64,000 bases of DNA from a virus (lineage: Duplodnaviria; Caudoviricetes), in IMG/VR virus record IMGVR_UViG_3300047160_031539, positions 1 through 64,000 of that record; one strand, 5' to 3'. The translations under genes and the position numbers were made by a program. Positions 43,570-51,162 of this stretch are shown here, in pieces. The notes under the pieces were generated by a model. The model was not told where the DNA came from. It made no database searches and worked only from the letters and a program-made list of their open reading frames with translations. The stretch's first letter is position 1; the number at the start of each line of letters is the position of its first letter.

Positions 43570-43830
43570 TCACCTCCTGCACAGATTCTTGAGTTCGGCC
43601 AGGACGCCCCGGCGGTCCAACGCCCAGGCGCACACGAAGGCCCCCAGGATGCCGCCGAACTGCTTCTTGATCTCGTAGAGCGTGGGGAAGCGCCCCGTCT
43701 CGGCGATCCGGGCCCGCAGGTAGGCCTCCAGCTTCTCCTCCGTGCAGCGGTTGTCCTTGGCCCTCAGGTCGAAGTCCGAGGCGTCCATGCCCCTCCACGT
43801 GCCCTTCTGCCGCCGCTTGCGCATGCTCAC
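43570..43830 (-). CDS. Small basic, possibly HTH protein
   Basis: GRFPTLYEIKKQFGG helix-turn-helix-like segment. Confidence 0.55.
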   Translation of the reverse strand: MSMRKRRQKGTWRGMDASDFDLRAKDNRCTEEKLEAYLRARIAETGRFPTLYEIKKQFGGILGAFVCAWALDRRGVLAELKNLCRR

Positions 43831-43856
43831 CCCCAGAAGGCCAGGCAGCCCCGCCT

Positions 43857-44243
43857 TCAGGACGGCTGGACCGTAAAGCCCGTCGGCCCGCCCGAGACCA
43901 CCGTGAAGTTACAGTCCCCCGTGAACGGCCCGAAACTCCCGTCGTTGGCCGTCATCGTGATCGTCACGACCGCCGAACCGGCCTTGTTCCCCTGCACCGC
44001 GAACGTGGTCGCCCCCGTCACCGACGAGGTCGCCACCCCCGAGCCGTCGTCGCTCGTGGCGATGGTCGCCGTCGCCGACACGTCCAAGGTTTCCCCGGCG
44101 GCGTTGGTCGCGTAACACACGTACCCGCTGGGATTGTTCGGGTCGTTGGTGATCGTGAAATCACCCACGTCCTTCTCGCCCTTCTTCATCAGGCGGCCCG
44201 GACGGACCCCCTGCTTGAACTTCGACCGCAACTTGCCCGTCAT
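43857..44243 (-). CDS. Beta-rich (Ig-like) hypothetical protein
   Basis: T/G/V-rich beta pattern; SD GAGGAG. Confidence 0.6.
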   Translation of the reverse strand: MTGKLRSKFKQGVRPGRLMKKGEKDVGDFTITNDPNNPSGYVCYATNAAGETLDVSATATIATSDDGSGVATSSVTGATTFAVQGNKAGSAVVTITMTANDGSFGPFTGDCNFTVVSGGPTGFTVQPS

Positions 44244-44270
44244 CGCTCGCTCCTCGGTTAGAGACCACTC

Positions 44271-44492
44271 TCAGGAACTCGGCGGACTCGGCTTGACCGT
44301 CATTCCCACCGGCACGTCGTCGGCGGGGTTGTTGAGCACCTCCTGGATCAACTTCACGCTCTTGTCCAGGCCCTCGAGCGCCACCACCCCACGCTCCAGG
44401 AGGGCCAGGAGCCGCCCGAACAGTTCGGGGTTCACCTGCGACATCATCTCGGCCATCTGGCACACGGCCCGGATCTGGTCTCGGCTGTCCAC
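44271..44492 (-). CDS. Hypothetical protein (73 aa)
   Basis: SD GGAGG, GTG start. Confidence 0.6.
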   Translation of the reverse strand: MDSRDQIRAVCQMAEMMSQVNPELFGRLLALLERGVVALEGLDKSVKLIQEVLNNPADDVPVGMTVKPSPPSS

Positions 44493-44661
44493 CGCGGCCT
44501 CCCGTCTGCGTGGGGCTGGGAGCTATCCTAACATCCTCCCCGCCCCCTTGCGCATAGTCGCCCCCTCTGACCGCCGGGACTGGCCCTCCCTCCCCCCCGA
44601 CCGTCACGACCGAGGATCGGTTAGACAGTGTGGCGTCTACGCACACCCCCCTGATCGCTGC

Positions 44662-45150
44662 TTATACCCTGAGTTTCCCAAGGCTTTCCAGCCCCCAGTC
44701 GGCCACGGGGAGGCCTCCCGCGCGGACCTCGGCGAGGAACCGCTTGGCGGCGTCCAGCCCGCAGACCAAACAGACGGGGACCCCGAACCGGCGGTAGAGG
44801 GCCAGTTGCTCCCGGACCTGCCAACGGGCCTTACGCGGCAGCACGTCTGGCCGTTTGATCTCCACAATCAGCAGCAGCCTCCTTTGCTTGCCGCTGCCCC
44901 CGAAGACCGCTAGGTCTACCCGGGCCGCCCCGGAGCCCTTACACCTCACCTCCCCTCGGGCCATGTACCCCATCTCCCGGAGGTGCCGGTAGACGTAAGC
45001 CTGGATCTCGAACTCGGTCGGCTTCGCCGCCCACCGCAGTTCCAGCCGGACCTCCTCTCCCGCGGCCAGTCGTGCCTTCAGTTCCCTCGTCTTCCTCGCG
45101 AACGCCATCCCGCCCCTGGGGGGCTTCCTCACACTCTTCGGGACCTTCAC
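44662..45150 (-). CDS. PD-(D/E)xK restriction-endonuclease-like nuclease
   Basis: EFE.Q..., RVDLAV...IVEIK...QL..Y; SD GAGGAGG before GTG 45150. Confidence 0.75.
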   Translation of the reverse strand: MKVPKSVRKPPRGGMAFARKTRELKARLAAGEEVRLELRWAAKPTEFEIQAYVYRHLREMGYMARGEVRCKGSGAARVDLAVFGGSGKQRRLLLIVEIKRPDVLPRKARWQVREQLALYRRFGVPVCLVCGLDAAKRFLAEVRAGGLPVADWGLESLGKLRV

Positions 45151-45410
45151 ACTTCCCTCCTCCCCCGCAATGCTTAGGGGCGCCGGTGAGGGCGCAGACT
45201 GCACCCTGGGAGGTGCAGTCGCGTGCCGCGGGTATGCCGTATGAGTCACGCTTTTTGCAGCTACTTGCGGCTTTCCTGGGGTGCCAGTGCCGGCCCGTGA
45301 TGCCCACCCCGCCTCGTCGCCGCTTTCGCCCGGCGGATCAACCTGGTCGAAAGGCTTGCCCACAACTCGCGGCGCTCGACCGCTCGGCATGTGGCGTTGG
45401 CCGGCTACTC

Positions 45411-45439
45411 TTGCCATTCAGGGGCCTATGTGCTAGAAA
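45411..45439 (+). promoter_or_regulatory. Sigma70-type promoter TTGCCA-N17-TAGAAA
   Basis: Read directly; flanked by the imperfect inverted repeat ccggctactc/gagtcgccgg. Confidence 0.55.
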
Positions 45440-45444
45440 AGAGT

Positions 45445-45514
45445 CGCCGGGTAGCAACGGCAAACCTCTTCTCTGGACAGGCCGGGAGTGCTAGCCCGGC
45501 CTGTCCTCTTTTAT
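45445..45514 (+). ncRNA. Putative ~70-nt small RNA ending in an intrinsic terminator
   Basis: Promoter, then a 12-bp hairpin GGACAGGCCGGG/CCCGGCCTGTCC (45475-45506) followed by TCTTTTAT. Confidence 0.45.
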
Positions 45515-45604
45515 ACCCCCCCCTTTTACTCGGCGGGGGACACGGCGTGGTGCTTGATGGTCAGGAAAGCCCGGCCTGTCCTCTTTTATACCCCTCCCTT
45601 TTAC
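45493..45604. CRISPR. CRISPR-like mini-array: 37-bp repeat, 38-bp self-matching spacer, 37-bp repeat
   Basis: Repeats 45493-45529 and 45568-45604 differ by 1 nt. Spacer 45530-45567 is identical to 48888-48925. Structure is certain; CRISPR origin is unproven (atypical repeat, no cas genes). Confidence 0.6.
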
Positions 45605-45625
45605 CGTCACCGGAGCTTTTGATCA

Positions 45626-45880
45626 ATGCCAGACTGTCAACTCGACACCCTGCCGGACGAGGACGACGCCCTCAAGCGATTCTTCCTGGCGGACGTGCGG
45701 GACTCAAGTCCCGCCCGCGTCGGGAAGGCCCCCCGGCAACTCGCCGGGGCCGCGATCATGCTCCTGAACGCGGCCTTCGGGCTCTCCCGGCCCACCCGGG
45801 CGGCCCTGCACGCCAGCGTGGAGGCCATCCTGTGGACCCTGGACACCGAGTATGGACTTCGGCCGCCGACCTTACCATAA
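45626..45880 (+). CDS. Hypothetical protein (84 aa) directly downstream of the mini-array
   Basis: GGAG upstream; coding-like; followed by a terminator. Confidence 0.6.
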   Translation: MPDCQLDTLPDEDDALKRFFLADVRDSSPARVGKAPRQLAGAAIMLLNAAFGLSRPTRAALHASVEAILWTLDTEYGLRPPTLP

Positions 45881-45938
45881 TGGGGCCGTTGGGAAGCCAG
45901 GACGTGTGCCGCTGGTTGCGGCACACAACTCCCTGAGT

Positions 45939-45982
45939 AACTCCCCCGGCCGGCGGGTAAGCGGTCGGGGGAGTTCTCTTTT
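45939..45982 (+). terminator. Intrinsic terminator
   Basis: AACTCCCCCGGCCG/CGGTCGGGGGAGTT stem then CTCTTTT. Confidence 0.7.
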
Positions 45983-46060
45983 GGCGGCGACCGTGGTACG
46001 ATTTTCCTGGTTGGTCTTCTGTAGTGCCCCCCGGCTCGTTGCCGGGGAAGGCTGCGCATG

Positions 46061-46102
46061 ACTCCCCCGGACGACTCCAGGCGTCCGGGGGAGTTTTCCT
46101 TT
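46061..46102 (+). terminator. Intrinsic terminator sharing arms with the previous one
   Basis: ACTCCCCCGGACG/CGTCCGGGGGAGT stem then TTTCCTTT. Confidence 0.7.
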
Positions 46103-46126
46103 CAGGTGGCGCAATTGCGCCACCTG
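46103..46126. repeat. 24-bp palindrome copy 13 (exact)
   Basis: Between a terminator and a promoter. Confidence 0.97.
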
Positions 46127-46128
46127 AC

Positions 46129-46156
46129 TTGCGTTTTCTCGCCCGAAAGGGATAAT
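46129..46156 (+). promoter_or_regulatory. Promoter TTGCGT-N16-GATAAT
   Basis: Read directly; upstream of the DHH gene. Confidence 0.5.
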
Positions 46157-46280
46157 GGCCGCCGGAAGGAACGGAAATTCCTTCCTCCTCACTCCCGACG
46201 CCCGAAACGTCGGGACCATCCTGCGGACGGCGGGTGCCGGTCTCCTTTCCCGGCACCCGCCGTTTTTCCAAGGAGTCGCC

Positions 46281-47150
46281 GTGTCCAAACCCCTCGTCCT
46301 CTTCCACGCCTCGTGCGCCGACGGCTTCTGTGCCGCCTGGATCGCCCACCGGGCCCTGGGAGACTGGGCCGACTACGTGGCCGTTAACTACGGCCAGGAG
46401 CCGCCCGACGTGACCGGCAGGCCCGTCTACATCCTCGATTTCAGCTACAAGCGAGACGTTCTGGACGGGATGCTGCAAAAAGCTCAAAGCATCGTCCTGC
46501 TCGACCACCACAAGACCGCCGAGGCCGAACTGCGGCCTTTCGTGCTGGCCGGCGAGGATAGGCCGCGAAACCTGACCGTCTTCTTCGACCTGTCCAAGTC
46601 CGGGGGCCGCCTGGCCTGGGAGTACTTCTTCCCCGGCAAGCCGGCCCCGTGGCTGGTGGACTACACCGAGGACCGCGACCTGTGGCGGTGGGCACTGCCC
46701 GACTCCAGGGCCATCAGTGCCTACATCGCCTCCCACCCGTTTGAGTTCTGGCGGTGGGACGTGTGGGGGGCGTGCCCGATCGGGGACGCACCCTGGCGTG
46801 GCTGGATTCTGGAGGGGGAGGCCATCCTCCGCTACCAAGAGAAGGTCGTGAGCGAGCAGGCCAAGACCGCCGCCGAGGTCGAGATCGGCGGCTACAAGGT
46901 TCTGGCCGCCAACGCCGCCGAGGTCGAGATCGGCGGCTACAAGGTTCTGGCCGTCAACGCCACCCTGCTCACCAGTGAGATCGCCGGGAAGCTGGCCGAG
47001 GGCAGGCCGTTCGGGGCGACCTTCTTCGTCCGCAAGGACGGCAAGAAGGTCTGGTCGTTGCGGTCCCGGGAGGGCGGCATCGACGTGTCGGAAGTGGCCA
47101 AGGCCCTGGGCGGCGGCGGCCACCGGGACGCCGCCGGCTTTGTGGAGTAA
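46281..47150 (+). CDS. DHH/DHHA1 phosphoesterase (NrnB-like)
   Basis: FHASCADG, YILDFS, LDHH, EDRDLW, WSLRS, GGGGHRDAAGF; SD AAGGAG. Confidence 0.9.
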   Translation: MSKPLVLFHASCADGFCAAWIAHRALGDWADYVAVNYGQEPPDVTGRPVYILDFSYKRDVLDGMLQKAQSIVLLDHHKTAEAELRPFVLAGEDRPRNLTVFFDLSKSGGRLAWEYFFPGKPAPWLVDYTEDRDLWRWALPDSRAISAYIASHPFEFWRWDVWGACPIGDAPWRGWILEGEAILRYQEKVVSEQAKTAAEVEIGGYKVLAANAAEVEIGGYKVLAVNATLLTSEIAGKLAEGRPFGATFFVRKDGKKVWSLRSREGGIDVSEVAKALGGGGHRDAAGFVE

Positions 47151-47154
47151 CCTC

Positions 47155-47409
47155 GTGGACACGGTCACGTTCCGCTACAAAAACCACCGCGGCGAGGAGG
47201 CCGTCCGGCGGGTGCGGCCGATCCGGGTCTGGTTCGGCTCGACGGCCTTCCACCCCGGGCCGGGCTGGCTCCTGGAGGCCTGGGACCTCGACCGGCAGGC
47301 CACCCGGGACTTCGCCATGTCCAACATGCTCAGCGGGTGGGAGCGAATCCTCCCTCAGTGCCCGGCCAAGGAACTGGATGAGGCCACCGGGCAGCAGGCC
47401 GTGGCGTAG
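47155..47409 (+). CDS. Stand-alone WYL-domain protein
   Basis: VTFRYKNHRGE...RRVRP..WFG......WLLEAWDLDRQATRDF. Confidence 0.8.
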   Translation: MDTVTFRYKNHRGEEAVRRVRPIRVWFGSTAFHPGPGWLLEAWDLDRQATRDFAMSNMLSGWERILPQCPAKELDEATGQQAVA

Positions 47410-47678
47410 AGGGGCAGGCCCTGCCAGGAGCCGACCAGGCGGCAGTCGTAGACGCCCTGGGAGACCAGGGGCAGCGAGTTGGCCTCGAAGACGTAGGCCT
47501 GCTCCCGGTCCCTGAGTGGCGGGGTCCCCGGGCACTGTTCGACCTGGCAGGGGTAGTAGGTGACGGGGAAGACGACGGAGCCGGGCCCCGTCACCCGGAC
47601 CAGCTGGGACAGTGCCGGGTAGAGGGGGTGTTGGTTAAGCCCCAGGAAGGGCGGGGCCAGGTTGTCGGACTGGTCCAT
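47355..47678 (-). CDS. Tail-associated protein consisting only of the shared N-terminal module
   Basis: PPFLG...YP.L..LVRVTG...LRDRE.AYVFE.N...Y..RLVG...GLPLYA..CC; 3' end overlaps the WYL gene convergently. Confidence 0.7.
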   Translation of the reverse strand: MDQSDNLAPPFLGLNQHPLYPALSQLVRVTGPGSVVFPVTYYPCQVEQCPGTPPLRDREQAYVFEANSLPLVSQGVYDCRLVGSWQGLPLYATACCPVASSSSLAGH

Positions 47679-47682
47679 CGGC

Positions 47683-48738
47683 TCACCCCGGCCACGAGAC
47701 GATAACCCGGCCGTCGGCCCCGTTGGCACCGAACGGGATGCCCACGACGCCACTGCCGCCCCCGCCGCCGCCGGGGGCTACCCCGTTGACCCCGAAGCCG
47801 TTGCTGCCGCCGCCGGCACCGCCGGCACCCCCCGCGTCGGGCCCCGGGCCGCCGGCGCCGGCCGTGCCGCCACCGGACGGGCCCGTGGTGCCGTTGCCGC
47901 CGGGGCCGCCGGGGCCCCCCGCACCGGCGGCACCTCCTCCGCCACCCCCGGCAGCCGTCGCCCCTGGCCCGACAGTGCCGCCCGTGCCACCGCTGTTCTT
48001 GAGTGTGCCAATGCTTGCGGACGCTTGCCCGCCCTGGCCGCCGTTGTGGCCGCCGCCTGTCCCGCCCTTGGCCAGCACGGTGAGGTTGCTCACAAACCAC
48101 GAGTCCTGGCCGAGGGCCCCGAAAGGCCGCCCGCCGCTCCCGCCGCAGCCCACGTAGCCCGAAACGGCAACGCCCGGGGTTACGACGATTGCACCGAGGG
48201 AGGCGTAGGCTCCGCCGCCGCCGCCGCCGCCGTTCCCGGACGCACCGAGCGACGTGGTTCCCTGGGCCCCGCCGCCGCCGGCCCCCGTACAGCGGGCCTT
48301 CACCAAGGTAACGCCGGCCGGGGGGATGAAGGAAAAATTGCCGCAGACGGTGAAGGTCTGGCTGGTGAGGGTGGCCGAGGAGGCGGCCGCGGACGAGGCG
48401 ACCGCCGAAGAGGTCGGGGAAAACGACACGGAGGACGGGACGGCCTTCCGGCAGCAGGCGACGGCGTAGAGGGGCAGGCCGCCGAAGCTGCCCACCAGGC
48501 GGCCGTCGTAGATCGCCCCACCCAGGGGCTGGCTGTTGGGCTCGAAGACGTAGGCCGGCTCGCGGTCGCGGACGGCCAGGTTGCCGGTGTACTGCTGGGT
48601 CATGCAGGGGTAGATCGGGAAGGGCTGGCCCAGGAGGGCCGGCCCGGTGACCCGGAGCAGTTGGGGCAGTTCGGGGTAGAGGGGGTGCTCGTTCTGGCCG
48701 AGGAAGGGCGACACCGTGTTGGTGCTGACCTCAGCCAC
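47683..48738 (-). CDS. Glycine-rich tail-fibre protein with the shared N-terminal module
   Basis: FIPPAGVTLVKARCTGAGGGG...GADGRVIVSW glycine-rich domain. Confidence 0.8.
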   Translation of the reverse strand: MAEVSTNTVSPFLGQNEHPLYPELPQLLRVTGPALLGQPFPIYPCMTQQYTGNLAVRDREPAYVFEPNSQPLGGAIYDGRLVGSFGGLPLYAVACCRKAVPSSVSFSPTSSAVASSAAASSATLTSQTFTVCGNFSFIPPAGVTLVKARCTGAGGGGAQGTTSLGASGNGGGGGGGAYASLGAIVVTPGVAVSGYVGCGGSGGRPFGALGQDSWFVSNLTVLAKGGTGGGHNGGQGGQASASIGTLKNSGGTGGTVGPGATAAGGGGGGAAGAGGPGGPGGNGTTGPSGGGTAGAGGPGPDAGGAGGAGGGSNGFGVNGVAPGGGGGGSGVVGIPFGANGADGRVIVSWPG

Positions 48739-48928
48739 GGGCGATTTCTCTCATGTCGGTATCGGACTGACGCTGGGCCAGTAAGAGCAGGCAGGTCGGG
48801 CAGGTAACGTTCTCGTCGTTGATACAGCACTCGCCGTCCGTCACCGACTTGCCGCAGACGGCCTTCCGTGGGGCCGGCACGGACCACTCGGCGGGGGACA
48901 CGGCGTGGTGCTTGATGGTCAGGAACAA
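48731..48928 (-). CDS. Small Zn-binding protein, paralog 3; target of the mini-array spacer
   Basis: HH...CGK...VTCPTC...D...IARG; nucleotides 4-41 match the spacer. Confidence 0.7.
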   Translation of the reverse strand: MFLTIKHHAVSPAEWSVPAPRKAVCGKSVTDGECCINDENVTCPTCLLLLAQRQSDTDMREIARG

Positions 48929-48931
48929 GGG

Positions 48932-49144
48932 TCACCCCTTCGCGATGGCCTCCAGGTCCCGGACAAGTAAAGCCCGCCTGCAGGCCGGACAGGTGGCGTC
49001 CTCGGGGGCTGTCGTCAGCCGAACGGGCCCCACCCACTTGCCACAGACCGCGGGCAACGTCCCGTCCCCCGAGCCCATTAAACAGGGTTGGTAAACGTGG
49101 ACCCAGAGCCAGTCGGCCGGGGGCGCAACCGGGTCGTAGTTCAC
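48932..49144 (-). CDS. Small Zn-binding protein, paralog 2
   Basis: H...CGK...ATCPAC...RDL.AIAKG. Confidence 0.7.
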   Translation of the reverse strand: MNYDPVAPPADWLWVHVYQPCLMGSGDGTLPAVCGKWVGPVRLTTAPEDATCPACRRALLVRDLEAIAKG

Positions 49145-49148
49145 GATC

Positions 49149-49352
49149 TCACCCCTTCGCGACCTCGGCCAGGTCCCGCCTGTCCAGGAAGGCCAGGCAG
49201 TCCGGGCAGGTGCAGTCGTCCCGTTCACTTGCCAGGTCCCAGCCGCGGACCTGCTTGCCACACAGGGCGACGATTGGGGTTCCCATAGTCTGCGGTCGCT
49301 CCACGGGCCGGCCCAGGTGGCGGACCCGGGAACGTGTGGTGTCGTCGGGCAC
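49149..49352 (-). CDS. Small Zn-binding protein, paralog 1
   Basis: H...CGK...CTCPDC...RDL.EVAKG. Confidence 0.7.
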   Translation of the reverse strand: MPDDTTRSRVRHLGRPVERPQTMGTPIVALCGKQVRGWDLASERDDCTCPDCLAFLDRRDLAEVAKG

Positions 49353-49355
49353 GGC

Positions 49356-50651
49356 TCAGTCCTCCCGGTGTTGCACCAGGGGCCAGGGCTGGTCGGGCCC
49401 GCGGAGGACTTCCGTCCGCCAGGCCAGCCGCCCTTCCCTTTGATACCAGCATACCCCGTCGCACAGGCTGCCGGTGAAAAAGTTGATCGCCCCGGCGTAG
49501 ACCTGGGTCAGGTAGCCGGCCGTGCCGCGGGTGACGCGGTTGTAGTACTGCTGGGCCCGTTCCGCGGCGATCGTGGCCGCGGTTGCCGCGTCGGCCGCCA
49601 CCGGGAGGTTGTTCACGTCATAGCTGACCTGGAAGTCGTCCCAGATGTAATGGGTGCCCGGCGAGTTGCTGTAGGGGCTGGGGCCCGTCACCGTGACCGA
49701 GTAGAGGGGCGTGCTGGCCCACTGGAGGGCGTCCCGCCGAACCGTCTCCTCGGTGCCGTACTGGGCGTTGTAACGGTGGAAATAGATCGTGACCTTCCCC
49801 GGGACGCGGCCGGCCCCCGCGTCGATCCACTCCAGGTCTTCCTCCAGGGAGGACAGGTACTGCGACTGGAGGCTCGTGAAGGCCGCGTCCGTGCCCATCA
49901 GGGACACGATCCCGTAGGGGGCACTCTTGGTCAGGTTGACCGAGATCGTGAGCCCCAGAAGGTCCAGGACGCTGCAAAGGGCATCCCAGCAGGAAACCCC
50001 CGGGAAGACGAAGCCCTCCGGGGTGCCGGCCGGGGTGATCGGCAGGCCGGGGTAGGCGCCCAGGACGGGCATCTGGCCCCACAGGTCGGCGACCATCGCG
50101 TTCCAGTTCCAGGGCGTACCGCCGCCTGGGGTACTTAGGCTGTAGAACTGGCCTGGGTAGGCTGGGGAGATCACGTTGTACTGAGAAGTTGTGGGGGCCT
50201 GGAACCATGCGTTAGATAGGAGGCCCCGGGGGTCGGTCAGTTCGACCAGGTAGATGGCGTTGGGACTGGAGGCGAGGCCCCGGGTGACGCAACGGGCCTG
50301 GGTGAGGGCCAGGTTCTGAAGGAGGATGCCGTTGGTCGCGGGCTGGCCCGACCCGCCGGTGACGTTCTGCAGGTTAAAGAAATCGTCGAGGTTGAGCTGG
50401 AAATTGGTCTTGTAGAGGCCCGAGGCACCCAGGAGGGTGGTGATCTGGTTGTAGCCGGCCCGGCCCAGGAGCACCCAGCCCCTGGCCGGCCAGCGGTGGC
50501 CGGGACAGTAAAAGGCGTTGGCGAAGGCCAGTTCGGGCACCCGGGGCCGGTTGAACCTGTCCCGCAGGCCCCGGACCAGGGCGGGGTCTACCAGGGGGAC
50601 GGAGTAGAGGACCGTGCCGCCCGCCGACACGATGTTAAGGCAGTTGGGCAT
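49356..50651 (-). CDS. Probable tail/baseplate structural protein
   Basis: 431 aa; YLVELTDPR, YNV...Y motifs; tail-gene context. Confidence 0.55.
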   Translation of the reverse strand: MPNCLNIVSAGGTVLYSVPLVDPALVRGLRDRFNRPRVPELAFANAFYCPGHRWPARGWVLLGRAGYNQITTLLGASGLYKTNFQLNLDDFFNLQNVTGGSGQPATNGILLQNLALTQARCVTRGLASSPNAIYLVELTDPRGLLSNAWFQAPTTSQYNVISPAYPGQFYSLSTPGGGTPWNWNAMVADLWGQMPVLGAYPGLPITPAGTPEGFVFPGVSCWDALCSVLDLLGLTISVNLTKSAPYGIVSLMGTDAAFTSLQSQYLSSLEEDLEWIDAGAGRVPGKVTIYFHRYNAQYGTEETVRRDALQWASTPLYSVTVTGPSPYSNSPGTHYIWDDFQVSYDVNNLPVAADAATAATIAAERAQQYYNRVTRGTAGYLTQVYAGAINFFTGSLCDGVCWYQREGRLAWRTEVLRGPDQPWPLVQHRED

Positions 50652-51027
50652 CGTAAGAGCCGGGGCTGGCCATCCTCATCTCGTCGGGCACCAGGTATAT
50701 CTCGTAGGGGCCGCCGACCTGGTCGAGGGCCGCCTGGGGCGCCTGACCGACGCGATAGAGTAGCACGGGCCTGGCCAGCACCTGGTCGTTCAGGAAAGGC
50801 GGCTCCTGGCCCTCTGGCACCGGCTCGAAGGAGGGGTGCCAGACCTCCAGGACGAAGCTCAGGGGCAGTTCCTGCAGGTGGGCTGTGATGACCCGGGCGT
50901 CCGCTGGCAGCCCCTCAAGGATGCGGACGTTGATGTGGTCAGCCCACCGCCACGTCTGAAAGAGGTCCAGCACGTCCGTCGGGCTCACCTTCAGCAGTTT
51001 GATCCGCCGCTCATACCACTTAGTCAT
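50635..51027 (-). CDS. Hypothetical protein (130 aa)
   Basis: Coupled ORF. Confidence 0.65.
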   Translation of the reverse strand: MTKWYERRIKLLKVSPTDVLDLFQTWRWADHINVRILEGLPADARVITAHLQELPLSFVLEVWHPSFEPVPEGQEPPFLNDQVLARPVLLYRVGQAPQAALDQVGGPYEIYLVPDEMRMASPGSYDAQLP

Positions 51028-51118
51028 CGTGGCCCTTGCGGAAATAGACGTTGGAACGCTCCATGCCCATCCAGACCAGGAGCAGGACCAGGATCGCCAC
51101 GTCCACCCAGTTGTCCAT
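51020..51118 (-). CDS. 32-aa single-TM peptide
   Basis: Hand translation MDNWVDVAILVLLLVWMGMERSNVYFRKGHDD. Confidence 0.55.
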   Translation of the reverse strand: MDNWVDVAILVLLLVWMGMERSNVYFRKGHDD

Positions 51119-51137
51119 GATACGGCTCAGATCGAGT

Positions 51138-51161
51138 CAGGTGGCGCAATTGCGCCACCGG
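51138..51161. repeat. 24-bp palindrome copy 14 (right-arm variant ...CCACCGG)
   Basis: 1 nt after stop at 51163. Confidence 0.93.
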
Positions 51162-51162
51162 G

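Noticed and set aside
44662-45150. Nuclease next to the mini-array as Cas4
   Set aside because: Lacks the four-Cys Fe-S arrangement; it is a generic PD-(D/E)xK protein.
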